A stretch of 33,249 nucleotides of DNA from Catajapyx aquilonaris (Eukaryota): contig KZ537961.1 in assembly GCA_000934665.2 (NCBI GenBank), positions 186,001 to 219,249 of the forward strand, read 5' to 3'. Made by a program: the position numbers and the translations under genes. This document shows positions 31,144-33,249 of the stretch, in pieces; position 1 is the stretch's first letter; each line of letters begins with the position of its first letter. A model generated the notes under the pieces. The model did not search any database. It saw nothing but the letters and a program-made list of their open reading frames with translations, and was not told the origin of the DNA.

Positions 31144-31790
31144 ATGTCATTTGTACTTGTATGTTATACTACAACGTGGTTCTTAATAAATGCGTATAAA
31201 ATAGTTTCAGTTTTTAAATTCTTTATAAAATACAGTACCAGCATTCACGAGGTAGGCCTACACCCAATATTTAAATAACACGTTTCCAATCTATGAAACT
31301 CTATTTATACTGCTTTATAGACATTTAACAGTGTCACGAATCAAGCCATCAAATTGAGATTTGATGATGTCATTCCCTTTGGACAGTGATAATACAGTGC
31401 ATACGGTGCAGCATATAGTTTCATGCCACAAAATGTGTGCTTTTGGGAAGAAAATCCTTATGGTCCCATGGTATAAACTTTGGCGCATTTCATTTCCATC
31501 AAAATCGCCGCAGTAATATTATTAAGGGGAAGATCTAAACAATTATTGCAGATGGAGGCTGCATCCTTGAATACCGATGTAGATGACACAGGAAAATTGA
31601 GTAAGCATATCAAAATCAAATATAGATACACTGTATACCCTCTATCATATTATGTTATAAGGAGAACCAAAGTTCGGTGTCGTTCAGTGTGTAACTGTAT
31701 GGTATTCACGATAAACACAGCTTGAAACTGTTACTTGCCAGCTTGCATTTTAGTTCTCCATGCATAGCACATGTGCAGAATAATGTAGGT

Positions 31791-32732
31791 GGGTGATTCT
31801 CCAAAAACCTACCATTTTCAAAGCAAGAATTAATTAATTTCAAAACTTGTTTTCAAAATCTGGAAAAATTCTCACTTGCTCTATATGAGGTCACAAATCA
31901 GGGAAAATTATTGAGAACTAATTCTGATATTCTAATACTATAGGAGAGTGAATATTTCCAGGAGTTCGGGAGCCAGAAGAATGACCTATGCATGCAATAG
32001 AATTAATATCACGGTCCAGAACAAACATTGTCCATGAAGATTTCGGTGGGTTCAAGAAGACCCTTCATTCCATGGAATCACAGTTATTTCAAAACATTTA
32101 AACTATTTTGTGGCATAGAAAAATGAGCCAGGAGTGTGAACTTTTTATTTCCGGGAGTTTGGGAGCCAGACGAATTGACCTTTGGATGCATTAGGATCGA
32201 TTAGGATTATAATATCAAGGTCCAGAACAAATGTTGACTCTGGACATTTCTGTGGGTTAAAGAAGACCCTTCATTCCATGGAATCACAGTTATTTCAAAA
32301 TATTTAAGCTATTTTGTGACATAGAAAAATGAGCCAGGAGTGTGAACTTTTTATTTCCGGGAAAACTCGGGACACACTTTGGAGTGATGCAGCAAGGTCA
32401 TGTCAAATGAATAAATCGTTTTAAAAATGTTGTTTTATACCTGCAACTATGTGCAATTTAATTATAGTATTGAAACTTGTCTAATGTTAATAATTAAATT
32501 GTAAGAAAATATAGCATGCTTTAAAATGAGATCGGGACATGCCAAGAATAGTGATTTTAGGCCTTTGACATTTTTTGTAGTAAAACTTAATTTAATATTT
32601 TTCTTTGTTTTCATGGGGATGGCTAGGTGTCAACTGCGTCTCCAAATGTTTAATAAATCAACTCTCTCAGTCAAGCCATTTTTGAGTTATTATGCTGGGA
32701 CATGGTATTGGTAAGTTTTTGGAGAATCACCC
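31791..32732. mobile_element. Non-autonomous TIR element with internal ~200-bp tandem duplication
   Basis: 24-bp TIRs GGGTGATTCTCCAAAAACCTACCA / TGGTAAGTTTTTGGAGAATCACCC. It is absent at the paralogous sites (~18090 and ~29015). Internal repeat ~31955-32155 vs ~32150-32360. Confidence 0.88.
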
Positions 32733-32798
32733 GCTGGTAAGACTTTCATGTTGCATGAGCACCTGAGAGCAGGTCAGGAAGCGTGTCCCATCCAAGGC

Positions 32799-32870
32799 GC
32801 GATGGTGGTGTAGTGGTCAGCATAGTTGCCTTCCAAGCAGTTGATCCGGGTTCGATTCCCGGCCATCGCA
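32799..32870 (+). tRNA. tRNA-Gly (anticodon TCC), second copy
   Basis: Identical 72-nt sequence to 18164-18235; TTTT at 32877-32880. Confidence 0.95.
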
Positions 32871-32876
32871 CTCTCC

Positions 32877-33155
32877 TTTTAGACTTTTTCTTATCGAAAA
32901 AAAGCCTTATAGGACGGCTCGACTGTTTGTCCGTCTGTCTGTCTGTGGACAGGTATCAGGGCCTAAACCGAAAGAGAGAGCAACAAACGGTTTTCATAAT
33001 TATTCATATTAAGCGTGACCAAAATATATTTCATGGTCAACATCCGGTGCCCCGCCACTTGCGGTTTTCCGGGTTCACTCTATCCGCACAAGTCTACGTT
33101 ATACGGGCGGGTTATCGTCGGATTTCGACATTAGTTCCCGTGGATTCCTAACCAA
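32877..33155 (+). mobile_element. DINE-1/HINE-like element, duplicate copy
   Basis: Paralog of 18241-18515 with the same T-run, short inverted repeat and GTCT microsatellite. Confidence 0.48.
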
Positions 33156-33249
33156 TGGGGAACTAGCCTTGGTCTGGGATTTGGGATTTTTGTTCATAAC
33201 TAGCTAGCCCATGCCTGTAAACATACATTCCATCACTCTGTTGCATCAA

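Overview
AT-rich, intron-containing eukaryotic DNA from an invertebrate metazoan with compact genes and many 50-110 nt introns. Left part: a 5-coding-exon SLC17 (sialin-like) transporter and a 7-exon TRMT2B-like tRNA m5U methyltransferase, both on the minus strand. TRMT2B lies head-to-head with two tandem secreted/membrane-anchored alpha-carbonic anhydrase-like genes that have each lost two of three zinc ligands. From ~12.7 kb onward the region is duplicated and mobile-element rich. It holds four copies of a small TATA-driven secreted glycine-rich protein gene, two of them co-duplicated with an intact tRNA-Gly(TCC) gene. It also holds a two-exon secreted Cys-containing orphan gene and a divergent TATA-driven cis-prenyltransferase (DHDDS-like) gene. 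The frame-asymmetric fourth exon of that gene occurs twice, with intact splice sites, on either side of a Helitron-like insert carrying a 1.7-kb near-loopless palindrome. Also present: a non-autonomous Tc1/mariner element with its empty site in the window, MITE/foldback elements, tRNA-derived SINEs and DINE/HINE-like elements. All gene models were built by eye from splice sites and frame continuity; no database searches were run.
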